Origin: Nocardioides sp. | Lineage (GTDB): Bacteria > Actinomycetota > Actinomycetes > Propionibacteriales > Nocardioidaceae | Reading direction: 5' to 3' | Length of the DNA stretch: 64,000 nucleotides | Assembly: GCF_036274455.1 (NCBI RefSeq) | Contig: NZ_DASUFR010000076.1 | Coordinates: 6,290 to 70,289, forward strand | In this document: one piece after another, positions 17,847 through 27,629 of the stretch | Position numbering within the stretch: the first letter of the stretch is position 1 | How the letters are laid out: each line of letters begins with the position of its first letter | Made by a program: the position numbers and the translations under genes | Notes under the pieces: model-generated | The model's database searches: none | What the model was told of the DNA's origin: nothing | The model's input: only the letters and a program-made list of their open reading frames with translations

Positions 17847-19514
17847 ATGAGCCAGCCGACGACCGGGCCGACACTGTCCCCGTCCGCGCACGTCGACACC
17901 TTCTGCCGCGACAACCTGCCGCCCGCGGACACCTGGCCCGAGCTGCTCTTCGAGCTGCCCGAGCTCGACTACCCGCAGCGGCTCAACTGCGGCGTCGAGC
18001 TCCTCGACCGGGTGGCGCAGCGGCTGGGCCCGGATCGTCCGTGCCTGCTGGCGCCGGACGCGGAGCCCTGGTCCTACGGGCAGCTGCAGCGGCTCTCCGA
18101 CCAGCTGGCGCGGGTCCTGGTCGAGGACCACGGGATCGTGCCGGGCAACCGGGTCCTGATGCGGGGGCCGAACAACCAGTGGCTGGCGGCGTGCTGGTTC
18201 GCGGTGATGAAGGCCGGCGCGGTTGCGGTGACGACGATGCCGATGCTGCGGGCCGGCGAGCTGACCACCATCTGCGAGATCGCGTCGGTGGACCTCGCGC
18301 TGTGCGACAGCCGGGTGCTCGACGACCTCGTCGCCTCCGGCATGGTCGGCGACCGCATCGTCCCCTATGGGCCCGATACCGCGCTGGCCGAGGCCGCGGC
18401 GAGCAAGCCGGCGGAGTTCGATGCGGTGGAGACCTCCGCCGACGACGTCGCGATGCTGGCCTTCACCTCGGGGACGACCGGCCGCCCCAAGGCGACCATG
18501 CACTTCCATCGGGACCTGCTGGCGATCGCCGACACGTTCTCGGCCCACGTCCTCAAGCCCACCGCCGACGACGTCTTCACCGGTACGCCGCCGCTGGCCT
18601 TCACCTTCGGGCTGGGCGGCCTCCTGGTCTTTCCCATGCGCGTCGGCGCCGCCACGCTGCTGGTGGAGAAGGCGACTCCGGACCAGCTCGCCGACCTCAT
18701 CGCCGAACATGGCGTGTCGGTGTGCTTCACCGCGCCCACCGCCTACCGCGCCATGCTCACCTCGGGTAAGGCGGCCCAGCTCTCACGGCTCCGGCGTGCC
18801 GTCTCCGCCGGCGAGCACCTCCCGGTCGCCACGTGGCACGCCGTCCACGACGCCACCGGCGTACGCCTCATCGACGGCATCGGGGCCACCGAGCTGCTGC
18901 ACATCTTCGTCGGCTCCTCCGACGAGGACATCAGGCCCGGCTCGACCGGGCGGCCGGTGCCGGGCTACCGGGCCGCGGTCCTCGACCCGGAGGGCCGGCC
19001 GCTCCCGCCGGGCGAGCCCGGCCGGCTCGCCGTCAAAGGCCCGACCGGCTGCCGCTACCTCAACGACCCGAGACAGGCCGCCTACGTCCAGCACGGCTGG
19101 AACATCACCGGCGACACCTTCGTCCAGGACGACGACGGCTACTTCTGGTACCGCGCCCGCAGCGACGACATGATCGTGTCCTCGGGCTACAACATCGCCG
19201 GCCCCGAGGTCGAGGAAGCCCTGCTGTCCCACCCCGACGTGCAGGAGTGCGGTGTGGTCGGGCTGCCCGACGAGGCGCGCGGGCAGGTCGTCACCGCGTT
19301 CGTGGTCCCGCGGGCAGGCGTGGCCGGCGACCCCGACCTGGCGCAGGCCCTGCAGGCCTTCGTCAAGGAGTCGATCGCGCCGTACAAGTACCCGCGGCGG
19401 GTGGTCTTCGTCGACCAGCTGCCCAAGACCTCGACGGGCAAGCTGCAGCGGTTCCGGTTGCGCGAGCTCGGCGGCGTCGAGTCGGCGGTGGCCTCCGGCC
19501 CGGTGCCTGGCTGA
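17847..19514 (+). CDS. Aromatic acid--CoA ligase (2-aminobenzoate-CoA ligase-like)
   Basis: FTSGTTGRPKATMHFHRD, PPLAFTFGLGG, DGIGATE, KTSTGKLQRF. Confidence 0.9.
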   Translation: MSQPTTGPTLSPSAHVDTFCRDNLPPADTWPELLFELPELDYPQRLNCGVELLDRVAQRLGPDRPCLLAPDAEPWSYGQLQRLSDQLARVLVEDHGIVPGNRVLMRGPNNQWLAACWFAVMKAGAVAVTTMPMLRAGELTTICEIASVDLALCDSRVLDDLVASGMVGDRIVPYGPDTALAEAAASKPAEFDAVETSADDVAMLAFTSGTTGRPKATMHFHRDLLAIADTFSAHVLKPTADDVFTGTPPLAFTFGLGGLLVFPMRVGAATLLVEKATPDQLADLIAEHGVSVCFTAPTAYRAMLTSGKAAQLSRLRRAVSAGEHLPVATWHAVHDATGVRLIDGIGATELLHIFVGSSDEDIRPGSTGRPVPGYRAAVLDPEGRPLPPGEPGRLAVKGPTGCRYLNDPRQAAYVQHGWNITGDTFVQDDDGYFWYRARSDDMIVSSGYNIAGPEVEEALLSHPDVQECGVVGLPDEARGQVVTAFVVPRAGVAGDPDLAQALQAFVKESIAPYKYPRRVVFVDQLPKTSTGKLQRFRLRELGGVESAVASGPVPG

Positions 19515-19536
19515 TGTCCAGCTTTGTGTCGTTTGT

Positions 19537-19575
19537 TTGACGGAGATCCAAGAAGCGCAATATCTTCTGGATCTC
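19537..19575 (+). promoter_or_regulatory. Sigma-A-like promoter overlapped by an inverted repeat (candidate repressor operator)
   Basis: TTGACG-N18-TATCTT, with GAGATCCA(A)GAAG / CTTCTGGATCTC inverted repeat spanning the spacer and -10. Confidence 0.55.
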
Positions 19576-19594
19576 GGACGAGGGAGGTCACAGC

Positions 19595-21970
19595 GTGCGC
19601 ATCGCGGTGATCGGCGGCGGCCCGGGTGGGCTCTACTTCTCGGCCCTGGTCATGCAGCTCGACCCCAGCCACGAGGTCACTGTCTGGGAGCGCAACGCCG
19701 CCGACGACACCTTCGGCTTCGGTGTCGTGTTCTCCGATGAGACCCTCGGCGGCATCGAGCACGCCGATCCGCTGGTCCACGAGTGGATGGAGCGCGAGTT
19801 CGCGCGCTGGGACGACATCGACGTGACCTTCCGCGGACAGACCATCACCAGCGGCGGCCACGGCTTCGCAGCCATGAGCCGCCGACGGCTGCTCGAGCTG
19901 CTCCAGGAGCGCTGTCGCGACCTCGGGGTGACGCTGCACTTCCTCTCCGAGGCGCCCGACGTCGCCGAGCTCGCGCGGACCCACGACCTGGTGGTGGCCG
20001 CCGACGGCCTCAACTCCACCGTCCGGGCGAGGTACGCCGACACCTTCGGGCCGAGCATCGACGTCCGCCGCTGCAAGTACATGTGGCTGGGCACCAGCAA
20101 GGTCTTCGACGCGTTCAAGTTCGACATCCGCGAGACGCCGTACGGCGTGATGCAGGTCCACGGCTACCCCTACGACGCCCACGGGAGCACGTTCATCGTC
20201 GAGATGAACGAGGAGGTCTGGCGGGCTGCCGGCTTCGACGCCTTCGCCACCCAGGAGTTCGCCCCCGGCCAGTCCGACGAGAAGTCGATCGCCAAGGTGA
20301 CCGAGCTGTTCGCCGACGTCCTCGACGGTCACGAGGTGATGGCCAACAACTCCAGGTGGATCAGCTTCAGCACGGTCCGCAACGAGACCTGGCGGCACGA
20401 CAACGTCGTGCTGCTCGGCGACGCCGCGCACACCGCCCACTTCTCCATCGGCTCGGGCACCAAGCTCGCGATGGAGGACGCCCTCTCGCTGGCCGCGTGC
20501 CTGCACGAGGGCCACGACCTCACCGGCGCCCTGGAGGCCTACGAGACCGAGCGCAAGGCCGTGGTCCTCTCCACCCAGCGCGCCGCGCAGGCCAGCCTGG
20601 AGTGGTTCGAGAACCTCGGTCAGTACGTCCACCAGGACCCGTGGCAGTTCGCGTTCAACATCATGACCCGCAGCCGTCGGGTCACCTACGAGAACCTCAA
20701 GCTCCGCGACCCCGAGTTCGTGGCCCGGGTCGACAGGTGGTTCGGCGAGCACACCGGCGACACCAGGGAGGACGGCGCCGACGTGCCGCCGATGTTCCGG
20801 CCCTTCACGCTCGGCGGGCTGGAGCTCGTCAACCGGGTCGTGGTCTCGCCGATGGACATGTACTGCGCCGTGGACGGCTACGCCAACGACTTCCACCTCG
20901 TGCACCTCGGCGGCAAGGCGCTCGGTGGCGCCGGGCTGGTGATGACCGAGATGGTCTGCGTGTCCGCCCAGGGGCGCATCAGCCCCGGCTGCACCGGGAT
21001 CTGGTCCGACGACCGGGCCGAGGCCTGGCGCCGGGTCACCGACTTCGTGCACGCCGAGAGCGCAGCGAAGATCGGCATCCAGCTGGGCCACTCCGGGCGC
21101 AAGGGCTCCACCAAGCTGATGTGGGAGGGCATCGACCTCCCCCTCGACGAGGGCAACTGGGAGGTCGTCGCCCCCTCTGCACTGCCCTACCGGGAGGGCG
21201 TCAACCAGGTGCCCCGCGAGCTCGACGCAGCGGACCTCGCCCGGATCAAGCAGGAGTTCGTCGACGCCGCCCGGCGCGCCGACGACGCCGGCTTCGACCT
21301 GCTCGAGCTGCACTGCGCCCACGGCTACCTGCTCTCCTCCTTCATCTCACCGGTCACCAACCGGCGCACCGACGGCTACGGCGGCGACCTCGCGGCGCGA
21401 CTGCGCTACCCGCTCGAGGTGTTCACCGCGATGCGGGAGGTGTGGCCGGCGCACAAGCCGATGACCGTGCGGATCTCGGCCACCGACTGGGTCGACGACG
21501 GGATCACCGGTGGCGACGCGGTGCTGATCGCAGAGGCGTTCAAGGCCGTCGGCTGTGCGGCCATCGACGTGTCGACCGGCCAGGTCACCCCCGACGAGCG
21601 GCCGGCGTTCGGCCGCTCCTACCAGACGCCGTACGCCGACCGGATCCGCAACACCGTCGACATCGCGACGATCGCGGTCGGCGTGATCTCGTCCTACGAC
21701 GACGTCAACTCCCTGCTGCTGGCCGGCCGCGCCGATCTCTGCGCGCTCGGCCGGGTGCACCTCTACGACCCGAGCTGGACCCTCCACGCGGCTGCCGAGC
21801 AGGAGTACACCGGCCCCGGCGTGCGCTGGCCCCTACCGTGGCAGGCCGGCCAGCGTCGCCCGCAGACCGGCCGCACCGACGGCCCGAAGCCGCGCCTGGA
21901 GCTGATCCGCCACGGACCGGCCGGCACCAGGCACGCGCGCTGGCGGCCATCGGAGAGCATGGACCGGTGA
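19595..21970 (+). CDS. Bifunctional salicylyl/anthraniloyl-CoA hydroxylase-reductase (FAD monooxygenase + OYE-type domain)
   Basis: IGGGPGGL, TFGFGVVFSDETL, GDAAHTAHFSIGSGTKLAMED, then VVSPMDMY..ELHCAHGYLLSSFISP. Confidence 0.93.
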   Translation: MRIAVIGGGPGGLYFSALVMQLDPSHEVTVWERNAADDTFGFGVVFSDETLGGIEHADPLVHEWMEREFARWDDIDVTFRGQTITSGGHGFAAMSRRRLLELLQERCRDLGVTLHFLSEAPDVAELARTHDLVVAADGLNSTVRARYADTFGPSIDVRRCKYMWLGTSKVFDAFKFDIRETPYGVMQVHGYPYDAHGSTFIVEMNEEVWRAAGFDAFATQEFAPGQSDEKSIAKVTELFADVLDGHEVMANNSRWISFSTVRNETWRHDNVVLLGDAAHTAHFSIGSGTKLAMEDALSLAACLHEGHDLTGALEAYETERKAVVLSTQRAAQASLEWFENLGQYVHQDPWQFAFNIMTRSRRVTYENLKLRDPEFVARVDRWFGEHTGDTREDGADVPPMFRPFTLGGLELVNRVVVSPMDMYCAVDGYANDFHLVHLGGKALGGAGLVMTEMVCVSAQGRISPGCTGIWSDDRAEAWRRVTDFVHAESAAKIGIQLGHSGRKGSTKLMWEGIDLPLDEGNWEVVAPSALPYREGVNQVPRELDAADLARIKQEFVDAARRADDAGFDLLELHCAHGYLLSSFISPVTNRRTDGYGGDLAARLRYPLEVFTAMREVWPAHKPMTVRISATDWVDDGITGGDAVLIAEAFKAVGCAAIDVSTGQVTPDERPAFGRSYQTPYADRIRNTVDIATIAVGVISSYDDVNSLLLAGRADLCALGRVHLYDPSWTLHAAAEQEYTGPGVRWPLPWQAGQRRPQTGRTDGPKPRLELIRHGPAGTRHARWRPSESMDR

Positions 21971-23115
21971 ACCTCCCCGAGGACGAGCGAGAGTTCTGCG
22001 CCTGGGCCCGCGAGCTGGCCGTGACCGAGCTACTCCCCCTGGCCGAGCAGGGGGACGAGGGGCGGGTCAACCGGCCCCTCCTGCGGGCGATGGGCCGGCT
22101 CGGGCTGCTCCGCGCGCTCTTCGGAGGCGCGCCGGAGTCGGCACCCGAGGACGCGGCGGCCACCCAGCTGTGCCTGCTGCGCGAGACCATCGCCGCGCTC
22201 TCCACCGAGGCGGAGACCGCACTGGCCCTCCAGGGGCTGGGCAGCTACCCCATCCTGCAGTCGGGCCGTCCCGACACTGTCCGGCGCTGGATCCCGGGAG
22301 TCGTGAGCGGTGAGGTGGTCGCCTCCTTCGCGCTCACCGAGCCCGGTGCCGGCTCGGACGCCGCGGCGCTCGCCCTCGCCGCGGAGGCCGACGGTGACGG
22401 CTGGCGCCTGCACGGCGAGAAGGCGTGGATCTCCAACGCTCCAGAGGCCGACGTCTACACGGTCTTCGCACGCACGACGCCGGACACCCGGGCTCGTGGC
22501 GTCACAGCGTTCGCGGTGCCCGGGGACGCCGCCGGGCTCACCGGTGAGCACCTCGACCTCCTGTCGCCCCATCCGATCGGCAGGCTGCGCTTCGACGGCG
22601 TGCGGGTCGGTCCGGACGACGTGCTCGGGGAGGTCGACGGCGGCTTCCGGGTCGCGATGCGCACCCTCGACCTGTTCCGACCGAGCGTGGGGGCCTTCAC
22701 CCTGGGGATGGCCCGAGCCGCGCTCGACGCCACCATCGACCACGTGGCGACGCGGGAGGCCTACGGCGGCCACCTCGCCGACCAGCAGGCCGTCGCCCAC
22801 CACCTCGCGCGGATGGCGACCCGGCTGGAGGCCGCCCGGCACCTGGTCTACGCCGCCGCCCGCGCGTACGACGCCGGGAGCCCGCAGGGCGAGGTCACGA
22901 AGTCGGCAGCGATGGCGAAGTACTTCGCCACCGAGTCGGCCCAGGCCATCGTCGACCAGTGCGTCCAGCTCCACGGTGCCCGTGCCCTGGAGCGGGGCCA
23001 CCTGCTCGAGCACCTCTACCGCGACGTCCGGGCGCCGCGGATCTACGAGGGCGCCACCGACGTCCAGCTCTCGATCATCGCCCGCGAGCTGCTCCGCGAA
23101 AGGACCACGCCGTGA
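21967..23115 (+). CDS. Acyl-CoA dehydrogenase
   Basis: GTG overlaps the upstream stop. FALTEPGAGSD, GEKAWISNAP, RAPRIYEGATDVQ. Confidence 0.92.
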   Translation: MNLPEDEREFCAWARELAVTELLPLAEQGDEGRVNRPLLRAMGRLGLLRALFGGAPESAPEDAAATQLCLLRETIAALSTEAETALALQGLGSYPILQSGRPDTVRRWIPGVVSGEVVASFALTEPGAGSDAAALALAAEADGDGWRLHGEKAWISNAPEADVYTVFARTTPDTRARGVTAFAVPGDAAGLTGEHLDLLSPHPIGRLRFDGVRVGPDDVLGEVDGGFRVAMRTLDLFRPSVGAFTLGMARAALDATIDHVATREAYGGHLADQQAVAHHLARMATRLEAARHLVYAAARAYDAGSPQGEVTKSAAMAKYFATESAQAIVDQCVQLHGARALERGHLLEHLYRDVRAPRIYEGATDVQLSIIARELLRERTTP

Positions 23116-23939
23116 ACCGATTCCGAGCCTCCGCGCCGCTGACGGAGCGATGGGACCACTTCGACCTCGCGATCGAGGAGGGCGTCGCGCGGGTCACGCT
23201 CAACCGGCCCGAGAAGCTCAACCCGCTGACCTTCGAGTCCTACGCCGACCTCCGTGACCTCCTCGCGGAGCTGCCGCACCACGAGGACGTCAAGGTCCTC
23301 GTGATCCAGGGGGAGGGCCGGGGCTTCTGCGGTGGCGGCGACGTCAACGAGATCATCGGCGAGCTGATCACCATGCGGGCCGGCGACCTGATGAGGTTCA
23401 CCAAGATGACCGGGGACGTCATCCGGGCCATGCGCGAGTGCCCGATCCCGATCATCGTCAAGGTGCAGGGCATCGCCGCCGGCGCCGGCGCGGTGATCGC
23501 CCTCGCCGCGGACTTCCGCGTCGTGGGCCGCGCGGGCCGGTTCGCGTTCCTGTTCACCAAGGTCGGCCTGTCCGGCGGCGACATGGGGGCGGCCTACCTG
23601 CTCCCGCGGGTGGTGGGGCTCTCCCGGGCCACCTCCCTGCTGATGCTGGGCGACACCATCGACGCCGAGACCGCCGACCGCTACGGGCTGGTGTCCCAGC
23701 TCGTCGACGACGACGCCCTCGACGAGGCGGTGTCCGCCCTGGCGGATCGGCTGGCCGCCGGCCCGACGCTGGCCCTCGCGCAGACCAAGTCGCTGCTGAC
23801 CAGGGAGCTCGACATGTCGCTCTCGTCCGCGACCGAGCTCGACGCGATGACGCAGGCCCTCCTGATGACCACCGCCGACCACGCCGAGTTCCACGCGGCG
23901 TTCAACGAGGGACGACCGCCCGCGTGGAAGGGCGAGTAG
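23112..23939 (+). CDS. Enoyl-CoA hydratase family protein
   Basis: TLNRPEKLNPL, GFCGGGDV, GIAAGAG, DMGAAYLLPRVVG. Confidence 0.92.
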   Translation: MNRFRASAPLTERWDHFDLAIEEGVARVTLNRPEKLNPLTFESYADLRDLLAELPHHEDVKVLVIQGEGRGFCGGGDVNEIIGELITMRAGDLMRFTKMTGDVIRAMRECPIPIIVKVQGIAAGAGAVIALAADFRVVGRAGRFAFLFTKVGLSGGDMGAAYLLPRVVGLSRATSLLMLGDTIDAETADRYGLVSQLVDDDALDEAVSALADRLAAGPTLALAQTKSLLTRELDMSLSSATELDAMTQALLMTTADHAEFHAAFNEGRPPAWKGE

Positions 23940-23945
23940 GCGTCG

Positions 23946-24344
23946 TCAGTCGGGCAGGACGGCGTACCCCTGCACCTCGACCAGCGCCTCGGCGTCCCAC
24001 AGCCGGGTGACGCCGATCCCGGCCGTCGCCGGGTAGGTGTCTCCCACGAGCCGTCTCCAGACCTGGCCGATCGCGCGCGAGTTGGCGCGGTAGTCGTCCA
24101 TGTCGACGATGTAGATCGTCAGGCCCGCGAGCTGCTCCGGCGAGCCGCCGGCCGCGGCCAGCGCGACGAGGAGGTTGCCGAGGGCCTGCTCGAACTGCTC
24201 GACCACGCCGGCGCCGGTGATCCGGCCGTCGGCGTCGAGCGCGGTCTGGCCGGCGAGGAAGACGACACGGCCGCGGCCGACCACCGCGTGGGAGAACCCA
24301 CGCGGCGTCGCCAGCTCCGGCGGGTTCACGAACTCCAGGCTCAT
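23946..24344 (-). CDS. RidA/YjgF family protein
   Basis: GFSHAV..FLAGQTA..YPATAGIGVTRL..LVEVQG. Confidence 0.9.
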   Translation of the reverse strand: MSLEFVNPPELATPRGFSHAVVGRGRVVFLAGQTALDADGRITGAGVVEQFEQALGNLLVALAAAGGSPEQLAGLTIYIVDMDDYRANSRAIGQVWRRLVGDTYPATAGIGVTRLWDAEALVEVQGYAVLPD

Positions 24345-24357
24345 GGGCCCAGTCTCA

Positions 24358-25116
24358 CTACTGGAGTCCTCCTCCGTCGACGACGAGGGCCTGGCCGGAG
24401 ATCCCCGGGTTCGACACGCACGCCCAGACGGCCGCCACCACCTCGTCCACCGTGACCAGCCGCTGGTGGGGTTGCTTGCGCTCCAGCTCGCGCCGGGCCT
24501 CGTCGCGGGTGCGCCCGGTCCGCTCGGCGATGACCTCGATGGTGTGGTCGGTCATCGGGGTGTCGACGTACCCGGGGCAGACCGCGTTGACCGTCACGCC
24601 CTTGGTGGCCAGTTCTGCGGCCGCGGACCGCACCACACCGAGGACGCCGTGCTTGCTCGCGGTGTACGCCGCGACGTAGGGCTCGCCGCGCTTCGCGACC
24701 ACCGAGGCGACCACCACGATCGAGCCACCGCCGCGGTCGACCATCGCCGGGACCGCCCTGCGGATGCACCGGAACGGCGCGGTGAGGTTGAGTGCGAGCA
24801 TCTCCTCCCACATCTCGTCCGAGGTCGCGGCCAGCGGCGCCGAGGCGCCTGCGCCGGCGCAGGCCACCAGGACGTCGACCGGCCCCCACTCGTGCTCGAC
24901 CGCGGCGAACACCTCGTCCACCGCCGACGTGCTCGTGATGTCGCGCGCCAGGACCAGGGTCGGTCCGCTGCACAGGGCGGCGGTCTCGTGCAGCTGGGCC
25001 TCGGTCCGGGACACGAGCCCGACGGCGTGGCCCTCGGCGCTGAGCCGGGCCGCCACGCCGCGGCCGATGCCGCGTCCCGCCCCGGTGACCAGCGCGACCC
25101 GGCCCTCATCCGCCAC
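24358..25116 (-). CDS. Short-chain dehydrogenase/reductase
   Basis: VTGAGRGIG, YTASKHG, VNAVCPGYVDT. GTG25116 has a GGGAGG RBS. Confidence 0.92.
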   Translation of the reverse strand: MADEGRVALVTGAGRGIGRGVAARLSAEGHAVGLVSRTEAQLHETAALCSGPTLVLARDITSTSAVDEVFAAVEHEWGPVDVLVACAGAGASAPLAATSDEMWEEMLALNLTAPFRCIRRAVPAMVDRGGGSIVVVASVVAKRGEPYVAAYTASKHGVLGVVRSAAAELATKGVTVNAVCPGYVDTPMTDHTIEVIAERTGRTRDEARRELERKQPHQRLVTVDEVVAAVWACVSNPGISGQALVVDGGGLQ

Positions 25117-25174
25117 GGTTCGAACCTCCCATTGCTGTGTGACGAGCGTCAACCGAGTGACATGGGCAGCGTGC

Positions 25175-25984
25175 TCACGCGTGGATGGTCCGCAGCGCGT
25201 GCTCGCGGGCCGGAGACCGGAGCAGCGCGTCGAGGTCGGTGAACAGGTCCGCCGCGCGCCGGCCGACCCAGTCCGCGGGCAGGACCTCGGCCGGCAGCCC
25301 GGGGTCGCGGTAAGGCAGCCGCCGCCACTCGGTGAGCATGGGGAGGTAGGTGCAGAACGCCTGCCGGGGCAGGTCGCCGGAGCCCTTGAGGCGTGCGGGC
25401 GTGTCGCGGTACGTGGCGACGAACTCGTCGTACTCGCGCTGGATGGCGGGCAGGTCCCACCACTCGGCCACCCGGGGGCGCAGCTCGTCGGCGTCCGTCG
25501 CGCGAGTCCGGAAGATGTCGACGTACTGCCGCAGCCCGATCCGCTCGATCGTCTCGCCCGCGACCTCCTCCATGGTGCCCGGAGCCGCCCAGACGCCCGG
25601 CGCGACGGTGCCGAACCCCATTCCGCTCAGCGTGCTGCGCAGCCGGTGGCGGCGGTCGCGCTCGGTCTCCGGGATCGAGAACACCACCAGCACCAGGCCG
25701 TCGGAGAGATGCGCACGCTGGTGCTTGAAGATCCGGGTGTCGCCCTCGCGCAGGACCTCGAGTGCGGAGTCCGACAGGCGGTAGCCGGCCGTGCCGTCCA
25801 CCTTGAGCGACTCCAGGACTCCGCGGCGCTTGAGCCGGGAGATCGACGAGCGGACCCCGGCCGGCTCGGCGTCCAGGTCGGACAGCAGCTGGACGACGGA
25901 CGCCACCGAGAGCCAGTTGTGCTCGTCGCGCGCGTAGAGCCCGTACAGCGTGAGGATCAGCTGTCGGGGCGCGAGGTCCGGCAT
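25175..25984 (-). CDS. PaaX family transcriptional regulator
   Basis: LILTLYGLY..VRSSISRLKRRG, LVVFSIPETERDRRHRLR..GFG, WRRLPYRDPGLPAEVLPADW. Confidence 0.92.
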   Translation of the reverse strand: MPDLAPRQLILTLYGLYARDEHNWLSVASVVQLLSDLDAEPAGVRSSISRLKRRGVLESLKVDGTAGYRLSDSALEVLREGDTRIFKHQRAHLSDGLVLVVFSIPETERDRRHRLRSTLSGMGFGTVAPGVWAAPGTMEEVAGETIERIGLRQYVDIFRTRATDADELRPRVAEWWDLPAIQREYDEFVATYRDTPARLKGSGDLPRQAFCTYLPMLTEWRRLPYRDPGLPAEVLPADWVGRRAADLFTDLDALLRSPAREHALRTIHA

Positions 25985-26105
25985 GTCAGCACCTTAGGCG
26001 CCGCAGGTGCCCATGACGTTGCGGTGACGGGCGTCACGGTGGCTTCGTGCGCGCGCTGATGGGACCGGCCCCCTGGGGGGAGGTGGGGGGCCGGCCTCCA
26101 GGTGG

Positions 26106-26576
26106 TCAGCCGGCGTACTGGCCGACCTCGTAGTTCCCCGCCGGCTGCTGGGTGATGACGTTGAGCCGGTTGTAGAACTGGATCATCGCGATCACGAAGA
26201 CCAGCGCCGCGAGCTGCTCCTCGTCGAAGTGCTTGGAAGCGTTCAGCCACACGTCCTCCGGGACGTGGCCGCGGTCGGTGATGCGGGTGCCGGCCTCGGT
26301 CAGCTCGAGCGCCGCCTTCTCGGCGTCGGTGAAGCAGGTGGCCTCGCGCCAGCCGGCGACGAGGTTCAGCCGGTGCTGGTCCTCCCCGGCATGCAAGGCC
26401 TCCTTGAGGTGCATGTCGATGCAGAAGCCGCAGCCGTTGATCTGGCTGGCGCGCAGCCGGACGAGCTCCTGCAGGGTGGTCGGCAGGACGGAGTCCGGCA
26501 CGTGGCTGGCGCCGGCCACTCGCATGATCTGCTTCGAGACCGACTGGTGCGCCATGAAGTCGAGTCGTGCGTCCAT
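26106..26576 (-). CDS. Carboxymuconolactone decarboxylase (CMD/AhpD-like) family protein
   Basis: ELVRLRASQINGCGFCIDMH CxxC motif, AWREA-like WREAT. Confidence 0.92.
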   Translation of the reverse strand: MDARLDFMAHQSVSKQIMRVAGASHVPDSVLPTTLQELVRLRASQINGCGFCIDMHLKEALHAGEDQHRLNLVAGWREATCFTDAEKAALELTEAGTRITDRGHVPEDVWLNASKHFDEEQLAALVFVIAMIQFYNRLNVITQQPAGNYEVGQYAG

Positions 26577-26618
26577 CGGGGGTCTCCCGTTCGTCGAGAT
26601 TTATTCGGTCGACCAGGT

Positions 26619-26645
26619 GACGAGGCAGTGGCACAGGATGTGATG
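26619..26645 (-). promoter_or_regulatory. ECF41-type promoter for the CMD gene
   Basis: Minus strand CATCACA-N16-CGTC, compared with the ECF41 consensus TGTCACA-N16-CGTC. Confidence 0.65.
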
Positions 26646-26657
26646 TGAGGCGAGCCA

Positions 26658-26684
26658 CCTCACAGACCGGCCGCCTGTCTCGTC
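26658..26684 (+). promoter_or_regulatory. ECF41-type autoregulatory promoter for the sigma gene
   Basis: CCTCACA-N16-CGTC. Confidence 0.65.
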
Positions 26685-26721
26685 TTCATGGGGAGACCAG
26701 CGGCGAAGGGAGCAGAGGACG

Positions 26722-27618
26722 ATGACGAGCAACACCGCCACTCACGACGTGGAGGCGGACCGCCGGCGGCTGATCAACGTCGCCTACCGGCTCCTCGGCT
26801 CGGTGGCCGACGCCGAGGACGCCGTGCAGGAGGCCTACATCCGGTGGTACGCCCTCACCCCCGAGTCCCGGGAGGCGATCGAGACCCCCACTGCCTGGCT
26901 CACGACCGTCACCAGCCGGATCTGTCTCGACCAGCTCGGATCGGCGCGTGCGCGCAGGGAGCGGTACGTCGGGCAGTGGCTTCCCGAGCCGGTGCCGGAC
27001 CGCACCGAGTGGGCCAGCGCCGACGCAGGTGTCGACCCCGCCGAGCGGATCACCCTCGATGAGTCGATCGACATGGCGTTCCTGGTGGTGCTCGACTCGA
27101 TGAGCCCGGCCGAACGCGTCGCCTTCCTCCTCCACGACGTCTTCCGCTACCCCTTCGACGAGGTGGCCGAGATCGTCGGCCGCACGCCGGCGGCCTGCCG
27201 GCAGCTCGCCTCCACTGCACGTCGGAAGGTCCGGGACACCCGGCCGGTCGCGGCGCCGAGCGCTCGACGCGCCGAGGTGGTGCGCGAGTTCAAGCAGGCG
27301 TGGGAGGCCATGGACATCGAGGCGCTGCTCGGCATCCTCGACCCCGACGTCGTCGCGGTGGCCGACGGCGGTGGGCGGGTCGCGGCCGCGCTCGCGCCGA
27401 TCGAGGGGCCCGAGATCATCGCGGAGTTCATGGTCTCGCTGGCCCGGCGGAGCACCGACCTGCGGATCGAGGAGCGCGCCGTCAACGGGCAGCCCGGCCT
27501 CGTGGCCCGTCAGGACGACGAGACGATCACGGTCTTCGCCTTCGACGTGGCCGACGGCCGGATCACCCGGATCTGGGCGGTGCGCAACCCCGACAAGCTG
27601 CGCCAGTGGAACGCCTGA
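26722..27618 (+). CDS. sigJ: ECF41 RNA polymerase sigma factor (SigJ family, SnoaL-like C-terminal extension)
   Basis: AYRLLGSVADAEDAVQEA, YVGQWLPEP (WLPEP), DGGG, NPDKL signature motifs. Confidence 0.92.
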   Translation: MTSNTATHDVEADRRRLINVAYRLLGSVADAEDAVQEAYIRWYALTPESREAIETPTAWLTTVTSRICLDQLGSARARRERYVGQWLPEPVPDRTEWASADAGVDPAERITLDESIDMAFLVVLDSMSPAERVAFLLHDVFRYPFDEVAEIVGRTPAACRQLASTARRKVRDTRPVAAPSARRAEVVREFKQAWEAMDIEALLGILDPDVVAVADGGGRVAAALAPIEGPEIIAEFMVSLARRSTDLRIEERAVNGQPGLVARQDDETITVFAFDVADGRITRIWAVRNPDKLRQWNA

Positions 27619-27629
27619 TCAACCCCGGG

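Noticed and set aside
19783-23115. 1110-aa ORF, and similar very long ORFs (41507-44830, 56552-59815, 58582-61644)
   Set aside because: These are GC-rich shadow frames. Only their 3' portions (e.g. from 21967 or 59857) or the opposite frame have family motifs and proper starts.
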